Origin: Curvularia clavata
Lineage: Eukaryota
Reading direction: 5' to 3'
NCBI GenBank assembly: GCA_023920165.1
Contig: CP089280.1
Coordinates: forward strand, 1,178,001 to 1,242,000
DNA: 64,000 nt
Positions 11,697-24,188 of this stretch are shown piece by piece. The position numbers and the translations under genes are program-made. Within the stretch, counting starts at the first letter, position 1. Every line of letters starts with the position of its first letter. Below the pieces are notes generated by a model. The model was not told the DNA's origin, did no database searches, and saw only the letters and a program-made list of their open reading frames with translations.

Positions 11697-13733
11697 CTAA
11701 ATCTGCACCGCAACACGATTCGTCTGGTACTTCTTCGTACTTGGTAGCAATAGCGTGCAGATCACCGCAACACTACCAAACGCAATTGAAGTAAACTGTG
11801 TCACACGTGTTAGCCTCAACCCCCTACAACTTTATAAAAGAACAGGAAAACAGAACAAGAATGAAAGGGAGAAAGCAAGAAAAGACTTACCCAAACATAT
11901 TTCAAGCTCTCACTATACGCCCACCGCGTCCCCAGCACCGCACTCTGAACTACCCCCGGAGTAACCCCCGGAATACTCACGTTAGCTAACTCCTCCGGCT
12001 TCGTTAGGAAAATCGCTACGAAAGACTCTACACTTGCCATCGGCAAGCCCGCCTTGACCGCATACTCGGCCGTGTACTTTGGCAGAGCGGCCGTCAACTT
12101 GGTCGCGAAGATATTGTAGTACACAGAATACCCAATGCTTCCTCCTACGGTGCGAATAGACAGTGACAGCGCGGCGGCCGTTGTAATCAACGCATCGGGA
12201 CATACGAGCATAGCGACGGTGGCGGCAGGAACCAAGACACCACCGACGCCAAGGCCAGCCATTGTGCCTAGGAAGAGCGTGAGGCCTTCATTCTCGGGCG
12301 TCATGACGGCGAGTGCGCCTGCAAAGCCTGTCATCAAGCTCACAGCAAGCAGCAGCACGTAGCGCGTGTGGCCCGGAAATTTGGATAGTGCAGCATTGAA
12401 CACAATGGCGCCTGTAGCGGTGGCGAAGGCTGGGCCCAACCCACGGCAACCGATTTTCACAGGATCAGGGGTGTAGACGTTGGAGAAGGCGAGGGGGAAG
12501 AAATTAAGAATACTGAAGAAATTCATGCCGGCCGCGAAGGCGACAGTGTAGGCGAGGCCCACGATGCGTTGGCCTTGGAAGAGTTCGCTAGGCACCATGG
12601 GGTACCGTGCGAAGCGCCATTCGTAAATGACCCAGGCAGCGATCAAGAGAAGGCCGATGAGCAGGGTGCAGAGGACGTAGGCGGAGCGCCAGGGGTGCGT
12701 GTAACCGCCTGCTTGGAGGGCGACCAGGCTTTAGTGTGAATAGGTTAGAGGATGAGACTTATACATTTGAGATTGGGGGTCTTCCTTACAAGAGCGTTAG
12801 TCCAGTGATGGATAGCGCGCCGCCTACATAATCAATTCGCTTGAGAATAGCACGGCGCGAGAAGTTCTCCCCACGAGAATGATTTTGCGGAAAGTACGTT
12901 AGTGTAAGGCCGATGCCGACGATGCCGTTGAAGATTAGTGAGCACCATGGACCCCAGCGCCAGCCGACCTTGGTATCGTAGTTGGACCAGAGTTCGGCGT
13001 AGAGGAGGTAAGGACAAAATGGCAGGACGAAAGCAGTGACAAGAGCGAGGGAGTAGCCGCGGTACTTGACTGGTACGACTTCAGCCAGCCTGGGGATATT
13101 TTAGCATTGACCAGAAGGAAGTTGATAGGGACGGGTCTGCTTACCCAGCCAGGCCAGTCAATTCCCCAATTGCTGCTCCAGCCCCCGAGATAGCCATGCC
13201 AGCAAGCAGTTGTGAGAAATTGTGTCCGCTCCCCACGAGCGCGCATCCGAGACAGAGACAAAAAGAGCCAAATAGCGCAATGTAGCGTTTACCGAAGAGA
13301 TCCTGTAGGTATCCCGCATACGGACAGACTGCAGCGATGGCGAGGATATTGGCGGTGGGGAGCCATGCTGAGCCACGAGCTAGACCTAGATCCTCTTCTA
13401 TGAAGCCGAGAGACCCGCCGGTGAAGTACAGAATGACTTGAGATCCTAAGTGGAGTGTTAGTTCCAGGAAGACCATTTCATCCAGTGGCATGACAGACCT
13501 GTATATAACGCAGCGAGAAAGATGGCAGCAAATATACTGCGAGTATTCCATTCTACCTTGCCATCCGAGTCGTCTCCCTTGAGGGCTTTGGTGTTATTCA
13601 TATCAATACCCTGGAGCGTGAGTTCTGGCCGAAGCTCCAGGTCTGACGTGATAGAATTGGTTGCTGCATTCTCGACATGGTGAATTTCTTGCTTCTCGTC
13701 TGCATACTCCACTTGTGGCTTATCTGAAGCCAT
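11697..13733 (-). CDS. MFS transporter, Tri12/fungal trichothecene efflux pump-like, at least 4 introns
   Basis: Many transmembrane helices. Motifs GYLQDLFGKRY, SIRTVGGSIG and YSESLKYVW|FTSIAFG. Last exon ends ...NRVAVQI* at 11697. Confidence 0.85.
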
Positions 13734-14577
13734 GGTAAAGAACTGTTTCTGATAGTTCAAAGGAAAATATTATTGTGAACTCAGTACTTTGAACTGCTAA
13801 GAATGATGTTCAAGGCCTCTATATGCTTGTCCCTGGTACTGTACCTCGACCCCACACTACTACGGACAACATCTTCCTAGCGACCCAGATCACTCCCAGA
13901 ACTACGTTTGACGTTTGCTAGGCACCGAGCAGCGCCGTCAGCGATAGGTTAGCAAGGGCGAACGTCCGGGGTAGTAAGTTCACTGAATGCGGGGAATCCC
14001 TGGTAACTTCAGGGGTCTGGAGCCTGGATCTGCACTTGAGCTGAGTAGCACCGTGTTGACCAGATTCAAAGAGAACGTTGCGGGGTAGTGTTCGCATAGC
14101 CGAATCTTCATGTTCATTTGTGGAAGTGGTGATAGTGTGTGTGAAGTAGCCGACTTAGTTCAGACGACAAGAGATGGCGCACACGGATACCCCGCAACTT
14201 GGGAACTTGGGACTTGGGTAATGGGCCATCTGATACCGCCACCATGGTATAGCTGCATGTCACCCGATCCAGGTTGCCGGACTGGCTTCGCGTAAGGACT
14301 ACCTTAACACAATTACCTTGTACCAGTGGCGTATTTGAGTTATCTGGCTATATCAATTTCCAATCGGCTGGATACAGTTTGCTTTGTCATACTGATATCT
14401 GATAATGAATATTTAGACTCGGAAAACGAACTGTTTGCGGGCATTTCAAGCGAGTAATCGAGATGCATGAGTGTAGGATTAAAGGATCTACGGCTATCGT
14501 CAACTAGATGATCCACGATCCAGCGCAAGTGGCTCGAACAAGGCTAGGAAAGTCTGCCAATACTGATTGTATCGTGA

Positions 14578-15933
14578 TTATTTCTTTGCCGCCTCGTCGG
14601 CAATCAATGCCTCGACATCCCGTTCCATGAGCCAGGTACGAACGCTCTCCATAACTGTGCTGAGAGTGTGACCACCCTGCATCACATCATCCAGATCATG
14701 CACAGTAGTCCCACTCCTATGGTCTGTGACCCGTTGCTGACCCCAGTTGTACGTCCGAACCTTGTCACCGCGACCCATTTTGGCCACGCCAATGACGCTT
14801 CGTCGCATGTTGGCCATTTCCTCTTCGCGCTTTTCTCGTCTAGCTTGCGCAATGCGTGAGCGCAGCAAGGCCCAGGCCTTCTCCTTGTTCTTGTGCTGTG
14901 ATCTAGAATCTTGCATCGCGACTACTGTGTTTGTGGGTATATGTGTTAGCCGGACGGCTGACTCGGTCTTGTTGACGTGTTGGCCACCAGCGCCACTGGC
15001 CCGCATAACCTCAACCTTGACCTCTTTTGGATCAATGTAATAGTCGCTTTCCGGATCTTCAAAGTCTTGTTCCTCGGCAGAATTCTCTTGCAGACTGGGC
15101 AGCACATGGACTGATGCGGCGCTCGTATGTGTCCGACCTTTGGTTTCGGTAGCAGGCACTCGTTGGACCCGATGAACACCTGCTTCGCATCTGAACACAC
15201 CATATGCATTCTCATCTTCGACCTCAATAATGGCTTCCGAGAGCGGTATTCCAGCCTCCGTCGTTCCATTGACGTTTTCGTATTTGAGAATATTGGTGCG
15301 GAAGCCATTGCGATTGCAAAAGGCTTGGTACATGCGAAATAGATCACCCGCAAAAATGGCAGCTTCTGAACCACCTGCGCCAGGCCTTATCTCCAGCAGA
15401 CATGGCAGATGTGCAAAAGGGTGTACAGGTACTAGTGACGTGATGAGATTCTGTGATGCATTGGCGAGCTGCGTTCGTGTTTCTGCAAGGTCGTCTGCAG
15501 CGAGCGATCGCAATTCTGGATCGGTGGAGGAATCATGTATCATGGATGTAAGCTCTGCCACAGACTTAGTCCACATCAGCATACACACTGCTCGTCACAT
15601 ATGTCCGGCCCACGCGTACCTCATTGGCCTTGTTCCATTCTCCCAAAGCATTCACTATGGGGCTGTACTCGCCCAGTTTCTTCGCCGCACGCGTATCGAA
15701 GCCATTGGTGAGCTTTTCTGTGAGCAATTTGTGCTCAGAAGTGATTGCCTGTGCTCGAGCGAGTAGGGCGGGAGGTATGGATTCAGGCGATACAGCTTCT
15801 GGAGCATTAGTGACATGTCGCAACACATTCAGGAAGAATACTTACCAGAACTTTGTAGGCGAATGCTACGACGAAGCACCGGTCTACCTATACGCGAAAG
15901 GCAGTTGCGACATATCCAGGGCGCTGTGAGCAT
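14578..15933 (-). CDS. MRF1: Mitochondrial peptide chain release factor 1, 2 introns
   Basis: GVHRVQRVPATE (PxT), RASGAGGQHVNKTESAVR (GGQ) and RTYN motifs. MLTAPWICRNCL presequence-like start. Confidence 0.92.
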
Positions 15934-16281
15934 AGTCGCGGACAAGTGAAGAGTTTCAATTGTGGTGGAATTCTCAGTTTCGCAACGCGCATTCCGATCG
16001 GCTCGGAACGCTCACACGTGACGTCGTCCCTCACGTCTACGAGGGTCTCACCGCTTAACCACCTTCCTGATGCATCCAGATTGCGTTTTGCCCTAAACGT
16101 CATGGTTCATATCGGGGGGTCGCTACAGTACGTTCCGAGGTAGTTATCGTGCGAGATCGGCACTGCAAGCGGCATCAATCAGCTCCGGGGATAACCGTTG
16201 TATTTAAGCTATGTACCGTATACATTAGAAGCTTCCCAGACCTGTGATAAGCTTCCAAAGCTTCAAGAAACCTGCATCACA

Positions 16282-18285
16282 ATGCCTACTCCTCGACGAA
16301 GCAAGAGGGCTAAGATCCACCATGAGCCTGAACCTGAGCCTCAGCCAGAGAAGCAGCAACCTGCGGAAGCTGTTGAAGCTGTGAAAGCTCCAGGCAATCC
16401 AAACGTGTATCCCCATCCGGAGCCCCAGTTTGTCCACTTCCCCAGCCGGCGTTCCGTGTTACACAGCACCAAGGGCATTGTATCCAGCACCCAGCCACTT
16501 GCCTCGGCAGCTGGAATTGAGATCTTGAGGAAAGGTGGAAATGCGGCAGTATGACGTAATCTATCACTCTCAGCATGTTCAATAGCTCACAGGATGCTAG
16601 GATGCAGCTGTAGCTGTCGCAGCAGCTATCAATGTCACCGAGCCAGGCTCCACCGGCATTGGTGGTGACATGTTTTGCTTGTACTACGATGCGAAGACGA
16701 AGAAGGTTTCAGCCTTGAATGGCTCTGGTCGATCGGGCGAGAACGTCACTCTTGAGAAGGTTAGAAAAGACCTCAATCTTGCAGATGGCCAGAGCGGTAA
16801 GATTCCAATGGACCATGTGCATGCTGCAACAGTGCCTGGTGCAGCAGCAGGATGGGTTGACTGCGTTGAGCGCTTTGGCAGCGGAAAGGTTAGCATGGAT
16901 GATATTCTTGGGCCGGCCATTGAGCTTGCAGATAAGGGTTTCCCAGTCTCTGAGTTATCTGCGACCTTTGTGAGTTGAATCCCGTCCTTTCTAGAGAAAG
17001 TAATTCGCTGACACTGAGCAAGTGGGCGGCTAGCGAAGCTGATCTTCGACGTGCTTCGCCCAACGGTCATGAGATGCTGAAGAAGGACCCTTCTGCCAAA
17101 GATGGCTGCAGAGCGCCAAGGGCAGGTGAGATTATGAAAAACCCGACTATGGCCAACACATTCAAGCTCCTAGCCAAGCATGGAAAGAAGGGTTTCTACG
17201 AGGGAGAGGTAGCGGAGCAGCTTGTTAAAGTTGTGTCAGATCTTGGTGGTTATCTTACTCTTGACGACCTGAAGCATCACGCCGAAACCGGCTCTGAGCC
17301 TGTGGACCCCATTTCCCTGAAATATACTGGCCAAGGCGTAGGCGAGAGCACCGATGGAGGCATTGAGCTATGGGAGCATCCACCAAACGGCCAAGGCATC
17401 GTAGCTTTGATGGCATTGGGTATTATCCAAGAGCTGGAAAAGCAAGGCAAAATTCCCAAGTGGAGTTTGAAGGACCACAACAGCACCAGTCACCTGCACG
17501 CTCTCATCGAAGCCCTGCGAATTGCCTTTGCCGACGCGCACTGGTTCGTCACCGATCCTAACGTGGTCAAGGTACCTTCTGCGGAGCTCATCTCAGAAAA
17601 GTACCTTGCGGAGCGCGCAAAGCTGTTTGATCCAAAGAAGGCTATTTCAGCGCCGGTTCATGGCTCGCCCGCTCATCTTCAAAGTGATACGGTGTACTTT
17701 TGCTGTTCGGACCAGGAAGGTAACGCCATATCGTTCATCAACAGCAACTACGGCGGTTTCGGCACAGGTATCATTCCCAAGGGATGCGGCTTTACACTGC
17801 AAAATCGCGGAGCAAACTTCAGTCTCGACAAGGACCATCCCAATGTTCTGGCTCCGAGGAAGCGACCATACCACACCATTATTCCCGGTCTCACCACGAA
17901 CGTCAAAGATGGCAGTCTGCATTCTGTGTACGGTGTCATGGGAGGCTTCATGCAGCCTCAGGGCCACGTACAAGTCTTGCTAAACCAAGAGGTATTCAAG
18001 CTCAATCCACAGGCTGCGCTCGACTCGCCTCGCTTCTGCATCGGAGCTGGTATGCCCAGCGCGGACGGAACCATGACGGATGCGACTATCTACCTGGAAG
18101 AAGGTATCGATGCCAAGGTGGTAGAAGAGCTGAAGGCACTGGGTCATAACGTAGAGCAGTTGCATGGTTATAAACGGGGCATGTTTGGACGGGGTCAGAT
18201 TATCAGACGACATGAGGACGATGGTGTGCAGGTTTGGAGCGGAGGAAGCGATATGCGAGGTGATGGCGCCGCGGTGCCACTATAA
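16282..18285 (+). CDS. Gamma-glutamyltransferase family protein (YwrD-like Ntn hydrolase); introns ~16549-16600 and ~16969-17021
   Basis: [39 protein letters not shown] (catalytic Thr), [17 protein letters not shown] and SDMRGDG motifs. Confidence 0.9.
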
Positions 18286-18316
18286 GCAAAGCATATTAAA
18301 TTGATGGTAGCCCAAC

Positions 18317-19002
18317 TCATTCTCCTAATGCTTTCGCCTTTCCGTTCCTCTTTCTCCAGCTCCGAACACCATTGTCGAATTCGTTGATGGTGACACCGTC
18401 TCTGACAAGTTGCATTGTCACACCCAGTACTTCGACATTCTTGTTGCGAGTCTCATCGTCAAAGAAGAGCATGTCCTCGTACTCAATGCCGCTGTCCCTA
18501 TGTATCCGCTCAAAGTGAGTTGTCTTGTTGCCAGGGTATATTTGTAGATGGTCGAAATAGTCAATTGCACGAGATGATGCGCCGGATGCGCTAGTGATTT
18601 TGAGGAGCTTGAGCATCTCGCGGCCAAGATCTGGGGCGCAGGTGCGGGAGGCAGCACCGATAAGGATATTTTTGGCTTTGAGCTGATGTAACATGGTTAG
18701 TCGTTGCATAATAGGGTTACAGGAGGGACGTGACATACTGCTTCTAATATGCCTCCTACATCGCTGTAGAAACCAAAGCCCTCGCCGTATCGGTCCTTTA
18801 CCTTCAGACCGCCTTCAGTAGGCTTGAGCGGAGCGGTGACATGGGTATCCACCCAGAAGGGCCAGAGGGTGTAATCGAGGTCAAAGACGACTATCTTAGG
18901 AAGTGGTAGGCCATCTGTAAACGTTGCAGGCCACTGGACCTTTTCTGGGGGTGCGGTTGTGGTAGTGGTGGAGGTGTCGCTTGAAGGACCGCGGCGGGGC
19001 AT
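18317..19002 (-). CDS. Magnesium-dependent phosphatase-1 (HAD IIIC); intron ~18681-18737
   Basis: VFDLDYTLWPFWVDTH (DxDxT), ASRT, and MLFFDDETRN motifs. Confidence 0.9.
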
Positions 19003-20679
19003 GATTGACGTCAGCGAGTGCAGTGAGTGTATTTCCAGAGTGCCAATAGGGAGGGCTATGAGAACTGCTAAAACTAAGAATAAGAGAGCGGTCCAGGTAG
19101 GTGTAGTAAGAAAAAGGCTAGGGAAGGACAGTCTCATGTGGCGCGTCTGTGTAGAAAAAAAGCCCATGACGTAGACGCGTCAGATCAATTGTCCCAGTCA
19201 CGTGAGGTAATGCGGAAAAGGTCCGCACAGCCACGACGAAACGCATATTTATACACATATCAGATTGGATGTAATGAAGCATAGCAACTTGAACCTCATC
19301 TTTTCAAACTGAGGATTACAAGAACTGTCAACGACTTTTCTATAATTAAATTAGAAGCTCGACTTTATCACCCTTTCGCATTGAGCTATCCGAAATGCGG
19401 CATTCCCTTACAATGTAAGGAATACATGGCTATGCGTACTTGTATGATATCTATTTACCTGAGTAGCCCATGCATCACACTATGTTCGCGGCGAACATGA
19501 GAAGATATTATTGACTAAGCCAAGACACCGCAGTGCCGCCATTGCTAAGCCTCTGAGGATACTTGACATGCAGTCGGAAAGTCCCTATGAAACATTTTGA
19601 ACTCATGCAGGTACATGGTAAGCACTAACATGTCTGGTTAATCGCCCTGACAACTTGAAAACTTACATAATCGCTACCATGTCTCTGTTTCTCAGCAATA
19701 CTTCCATCTGCTAGGAACAGTAAACGCCCCAGCTCATACTGTTTCCTAATGTCTGACGGCAAACCTTCCAGCCAAATCCCACCTTCCCCAACAGCCAGCC
19801 ATTCGGATCCACACTGCACCATCCGGCGTACACCCTCGTCGTGGAACGAACCAGGGTTAGAGATTCTCCGGTCGGCCTGGCGAATTCACAATCACAGCAA
19901 CTTGGCGTCCTTTATCGCGTGAAGCCATGTGCAGTGCAATGACATCTGATAGCCTGTACTTCATCAAAGCCGCCAAATACCTGTCGCAGTGTCGAAATGT
20001 CGCCGCAAAGTAGTTGGGCATGGCGCTGCTCATGGCATCACAAGACAGCCAATAGCCGCTCGGCGGGTGGATTCTAGCGCAATCTGGTGGTGAAAAATAC
20101 GAGTAGCTGGGTTCTGACATGACGTTGGGTGTTTCCTTTGGACGAAGCACTGAAACGGCGCCGGAACATGGACAGGGAGTCTTTGGTGGCCGATGGGAAT
20201 CTTCCGGGTCCATTTTTAGCCATGGAACTACTGGCTGGGCCATCAGACGGCGGGCACGGCGGTGGAAGAATAGAGTGCGATGGCCAAGATGGGCTGGCTG
20301 GAGCGAGGTAGTGCAGCACTCGGCTGCCGCACCTTCCCTTCTCAGTCGGCCAGCCACACCAGCCCCGCAAATAACGGGCTGCGGAAGGATTCCCGCCTGA
20401 CTTCTCGCTGCTGCGACAACATCTCTTTTACTACTACCAACACACACACACGCTCCCACTCGCACCCTCCGAGCCCTCGCACACATGTCGCCGTAACCTA
20501 ACCACCAGCCAGGCCTCGATGGCGGCGACCAGTGCGCGTTGTACAATCTTGCAGACGACCCCTTGTCACCCCTCCGCAATCTCCGAGCACCACTGTGCAC
20601 ACTCCACTGCTACCAATAACACCACGGCTCTTTGACTCTCAGCACAGTATCCGGTCACACGACGCCAATCAACACCACA

Positions 20680-22020
20680 ATGGCAGACTTCAACGAGACC
20701 AGATCCCCTCTGACCAACGACAACATCCAGGCCTGGGCCCGCCATCAATTTGCCGCCTCCTTTCGCGCCCTGCCACGTGCCGCCCGCCTGCAATGGATCG
20801 AGTTCGATGAGAGCTTCACTATCAGCAGAGCCATCTGGCGCTCCCTCGGGCGCTCTACTCACAAGCAGCTCCTCGTTATCGGCGGCTATGCCCCAGGTCC
20901 CGCTGGCGATGATGATGAACCCATAGATCGTGTCACAGCCCACGTTCACGAGGACGAAGCCGAGGTCAGCTTCTATCGCATTACCGAACTGGAAAATGGA
21001 AGCCTCGAGCTACAGTCCGTGAACAGTACTAGCACTGTTGCGTTCCATGCTCCTTTTTGTGATGTCGGTGACGACACCGGGGGCTCCAAAGCCATCCACC
21101 GCGTCTCTGCCCTCATTCTGTACTACTTTTTGGCTGCTGGCCACGTGAAAGAATTATCGCGCACACGCTCAGATCCAACCATGTTCACCAGGAATTTCCG
21201 TGATGCCTGCTTGTGGGTCCAGAATGAAGGCGAGCGCCCATTACTACCACCATCCAGAAAATCAGAGCCTTCGACGCCATACGAAAAGGATCCTATTACT
21301 GTCCGGCCGAAACGTTCTTCTACTGTATCAACAGTCCGTTCTACACCCGACGATCTCCACCATCCACCCATGAAACGCGCCGCGACAGATAGTCTAAACG
21401 TCAAAATAAAGCGAGAACGCGACGAAGACTACTCCAACTATCCATCCGCCATCCGACCTAAGAAACATCCCCGTCGCACCCTCAGCGAGCAAATCGTTGT
21501 CCCTCCAAAGCTCCAGGAATCAATTGGCACCTCAGGATCCATCCTAAGTCCACGCAGCCCTGCTCCAGAGCGTGTAAATCGCGCCTTGACAGATCGGATT
21601 AATCACCTCAAAGACGAAAATGCCGGCCTCAAAGCCTCACTGAATGGATTAGAGTCAGAAAAGCACGACCTTCAACAACGCATGGCCCGGGAATCGCACG
21701 CATATCGTTCTTTACAAATTGAACACGATGCGCTGAAACGCGAGGTCGAAAATATGAAGCGCGACATGAGCGCAATGAAAGAACGCGTCGAAGGCGTTGA
21801 AGGGTCTGGCGAGAAGATGCGCCTAGATGTGGATCGGCTTTTGACCGTGGAAAACACAAGTAAAGAATTCAGAAAAGAGCTAAAAAGCGAAGTGGAAGGC
21901 TTAAGAGGACGAATTGAGAGAAGCGAAAAGGAAGCCGAGAACGCAAAAGAAGAGCTATTGGCTGTAAGGAGAGGTCTGACCAAAGAGTTGAGCGAAGCCG
22001 TCCAAAAATGGGGTGCTTGA
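20680..22020 (+). CDS. Hypothetical protein with a C-terminal coiled coil
   Basis: Intronless ORF of about 446 aa with a heptad-rich E/K/L C-terminal third and good ATG context (ACAATGG). Confidence 0.75.
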   Translation: MADFNETRSPLTNDNIQAWARHQFAASFRALPRAARLQWIEFDESFTISRAIWRSLGRSTHKQLLVIGGYAPGPAGDDDEPIDRVTAHVHEDEAEVSFYRITELENGSLELQSVNSTSTVAFHAPFCDVGDDTGGSKAIHRVSALILYYFLAAGHVKELSRTRSDPTMFTRNFRDACLWVQNEGERPLLPPSRKSEPSTPYEKDPITVRPKRSSTVSTVRSTPDDLHHPPMKRAATDSLNVKIKRERDEDYSNYPSAIRPKKHPRRTLSEQIVVPPKLQESIGTSGSILSPRSPAPERVNRALTDRINHLKDENAGLKASLNGLESEKHDLQQRMARESHAYRSLQIEHDALKREVENMKRDMSAMKERVEGVEGSGEKMRLDVDRLLTVENTSKEFRKELKSEVEGLRGRIERSEKEAENAKEELLAVRRGLTKELSEAVQKWGA

Positions 22021-22775
22021 AATGACAGACCCTAGGTCCTTGTTACATGTTACCCGGGTTCTTCTTCTTCTTTTCTCTTCAAAAAGCCCGCTTTCTATTG
22101 CTCCTACAACTCTTTTTACTATTTCTTCTGGTCTTCTGAGTCGCGATGTCGCGCTACGAATAACCCCCCGGGATTTCTCCCGGCGCTATTTTTCCAGTCA
22201 CGAATGAGTGCACACGGTGTTTTTTATGGTCTTTTACTTTTCTCTGTGGGCGCATTTTCTCCCTATTACCATTCTTAGTACATATCAAAGTAGCGGCATT
22301 ATCATTGGCGTATATATGTACGAATGCATGTATGTATGTCTCTGAGCATGGAGAAAGCGTTTTTCTCTTTTGAACCGCATTGCAGTCAAATTGAATGTTG
22401 TTCTGGGACCTGAAATGTCCAGGCGGCGGGGTCTTTCTCCTTATGCATTGGATCACGTGGTTATTTCGGCGACTTTTGCATCACCATCATCATCAATGTA
22501 ATTCAATGCGCAAAAATTGCAGAAGACACATCATCTCTCTTCCAATTAATTGTGCAAAAACTCTTGTTCTATTCATTGTATATATATTACTCAGCCCAAC
22601 TCCATTCTCACAGTCTATACGCAAAGTCAGGACCGCAAAAAGAAAGAACTCTACCTTTTTTTCCACAACCACTCATCTGATCGCCCTCTTATTTCCCTTT
22701 TCCTTTGCCCTACCTCATCGCACTCAAACGTCAGGAAGCTTCCACCTCATCCTAGTCACCTTAGAATCCCCTCCG

Positions 22776-24188
22776 TTACACCGAACGCTCCCCCCTCCTC
22801 TCCTTGCGATAAATCTTCCTCACACGCTGCTCCGCCTGCATACCCTTGTTTTCACGAGTCTTAGAGGGAACAGCAGCAGCTGTTTGGACCGCATACTTCG
22901 AACTTGCAAGACCAAGCTTCGCGTGCTCTGCACCTTTGGTGCTTTTCACAAGCCGCGGAGCAGCGCTGGCGGCAGTGCTCGAGCTGATAACTTTGCGGCG
23001 GACGAGAGTCTTACGATGGGGTTTGTGGATGCGGTGACGGATGCGAGGGGCAGAGATATCGGTATCGGAGGAGTCTGGTGATGACGATGGTGACGATGGG
23101 GTGGTGGACGAGGAAGGAGGCGAAGGGGAAGAGCTCGGCGATGGAAGATGCTTGCGGATCCGATGGGGTTTTGCTGTCTTCATTTTGGGAGTGGGCAAAG
23201 GTGGAGAAGATGAAGGAAGTGGAGAGGATGACAGAATAGGTGAGCGTGAGGTTTCAGAACGTGGTGCGGACGGTGAGGATGACTCGCTTGATTTGGTGCT
23301 CAAGATGAGGGAACGTGGGGAGCTGCCGGGTAGCATGGTTACTTCTTCCAAATCAATGAGATTGGGTGTCTGGGGTGAATGCTTGTGCGTGTCGGTGCTC
23401 AGATCGTCACTGCGTTCTTCAAGTCTGCGTGCTCGGAATGTGGAAGGATCGGGAAAGGCTCGCGGCGAAGGCATATCGCCAGTTTGCGGCTCTTCATCGT
23501 CAGCTCTCGCCAGCCGGCGCTGCATCCAAGTCATTGTTTTTGGAGGAGATACAGCGTTCTTGTCCTTCCACCACTTGGGTGTGCCTCGCGTGAAACCCAG
23601 TTCTCGAAGCTTTTCGGTCCCGGGCATCTCGTGCTTGTATTTACATCCTGTGAGCGTCCACCTACACTCGCCGGTTGCGATCCAGTGCGTGCAATATACT
23701 TTCCTTGGCATGCCAGAAATAGTGCTGGAGGTGTAGCCAAGGCGTAGTGCATCACTAGGATATATGGAAGCCACAGCGTCAGTCAGCGGCGATAGGCGTT
23801 CTACACCTCCAGCGAGTGGCGCATCAGGACTTTCAGGTGCGGTGTCTAACGATAGCTGGCCTGCACGATTGAGGGTCATTTGCGCGGTTTGCGATTCGGT
23901 ACGGACATGGTGGTCGGGCGCAAGGTATTGAGGCTTTCCTGGACTGTAGTGCAAGGGCGAATCGTTGGTGGGAGGTGCTTGAACCGAGAGCAAAAAGGGA
24001 ACTTCTTTTGTCTCCTTGAACAACTTCCAGCCTTCATCTGACATTTGACGATGGCCCAATTGACGCGGGATTCCCTTGACTTGGAATGGCAGCTGATCGG
24101 CTGGCACAAGAGGTACCATGACATTGCCGCGAAGTAGATAGCATCGAATGCTTTCGGGCAGCGAACATTCGTTCCGAAGGGTGGCCAT
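22776..24188 (-). CDS. CCCH zinc-finger protein with a Ser/Pro-rich disordered C-terminus
   Basis: CTHWIATGECRWTLTGCKYKHEMP (C3H1-type) and N-terminal MVPLVPADQLP. Confidence 0.8.
   Translation of the reverse strand: MATLRNECSLPESIRCYLLRGNVMVPLVPADQLPFQVKGIPRQLGHRQMSDEGWKLFKETKEVPFLLSVQAPPTNDSPLHYSPGKPQYLAPDHHVRTESQTAQMTLNRAGQLSLDTAPESPDAPLAGGVERLSPLTDAVASIYPSDALRLGYTSSTISGMPRKVYCTHWIATGECRWTLTGCKYKHEMPGTEKLRELGFTRGTPKWWKDKNAVSPPKTMTWMQRRLARADDEEPQTGDMPSPRAFPDPSTFRARRLEERSDDLSTDTHKHSPQTPNLIDLEEVTMLPGSSPRSLILSTKSSESSSPSAPRSETSRSPILSSSPLPSSSPPLPTPKMKTAKPHRIRKHLPSPSSSPSPPSSSTTPSSPSSSPDSSDTDISAPRIRHRIHKPHRKTLVRRKVISSSTAASAAPRLVKSTKGAEHAKLGLASSKYAVQTAAAVPSKTRENKGMQAEQRVRKIYRKERRGERSV

Noticed and set aside
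19003..19167. Hydrophobic N-terminal extension on MDP-1 from an upstream ATG
   Set aside because: The sequence looks like a CT-rich TSS/leader region, and the ATG at 19002 gives a normal-length protein; not supported without TSS data.
19857..20600. 247-aa minus-strand ORF, and nearby AGGGTTAG as a telomerase-template candidate
   Set aside because: The ORF has UTR/promoter-like composition. The motif is only a partial match with no pseudoknot or CR4/5 evident.
22395..23736. 228-aa and 231-aa plus-strand ORFs
   Set aside because: They are antisense to, or in the 3' region of, the low-complexity CCCH gene and have no independent support.
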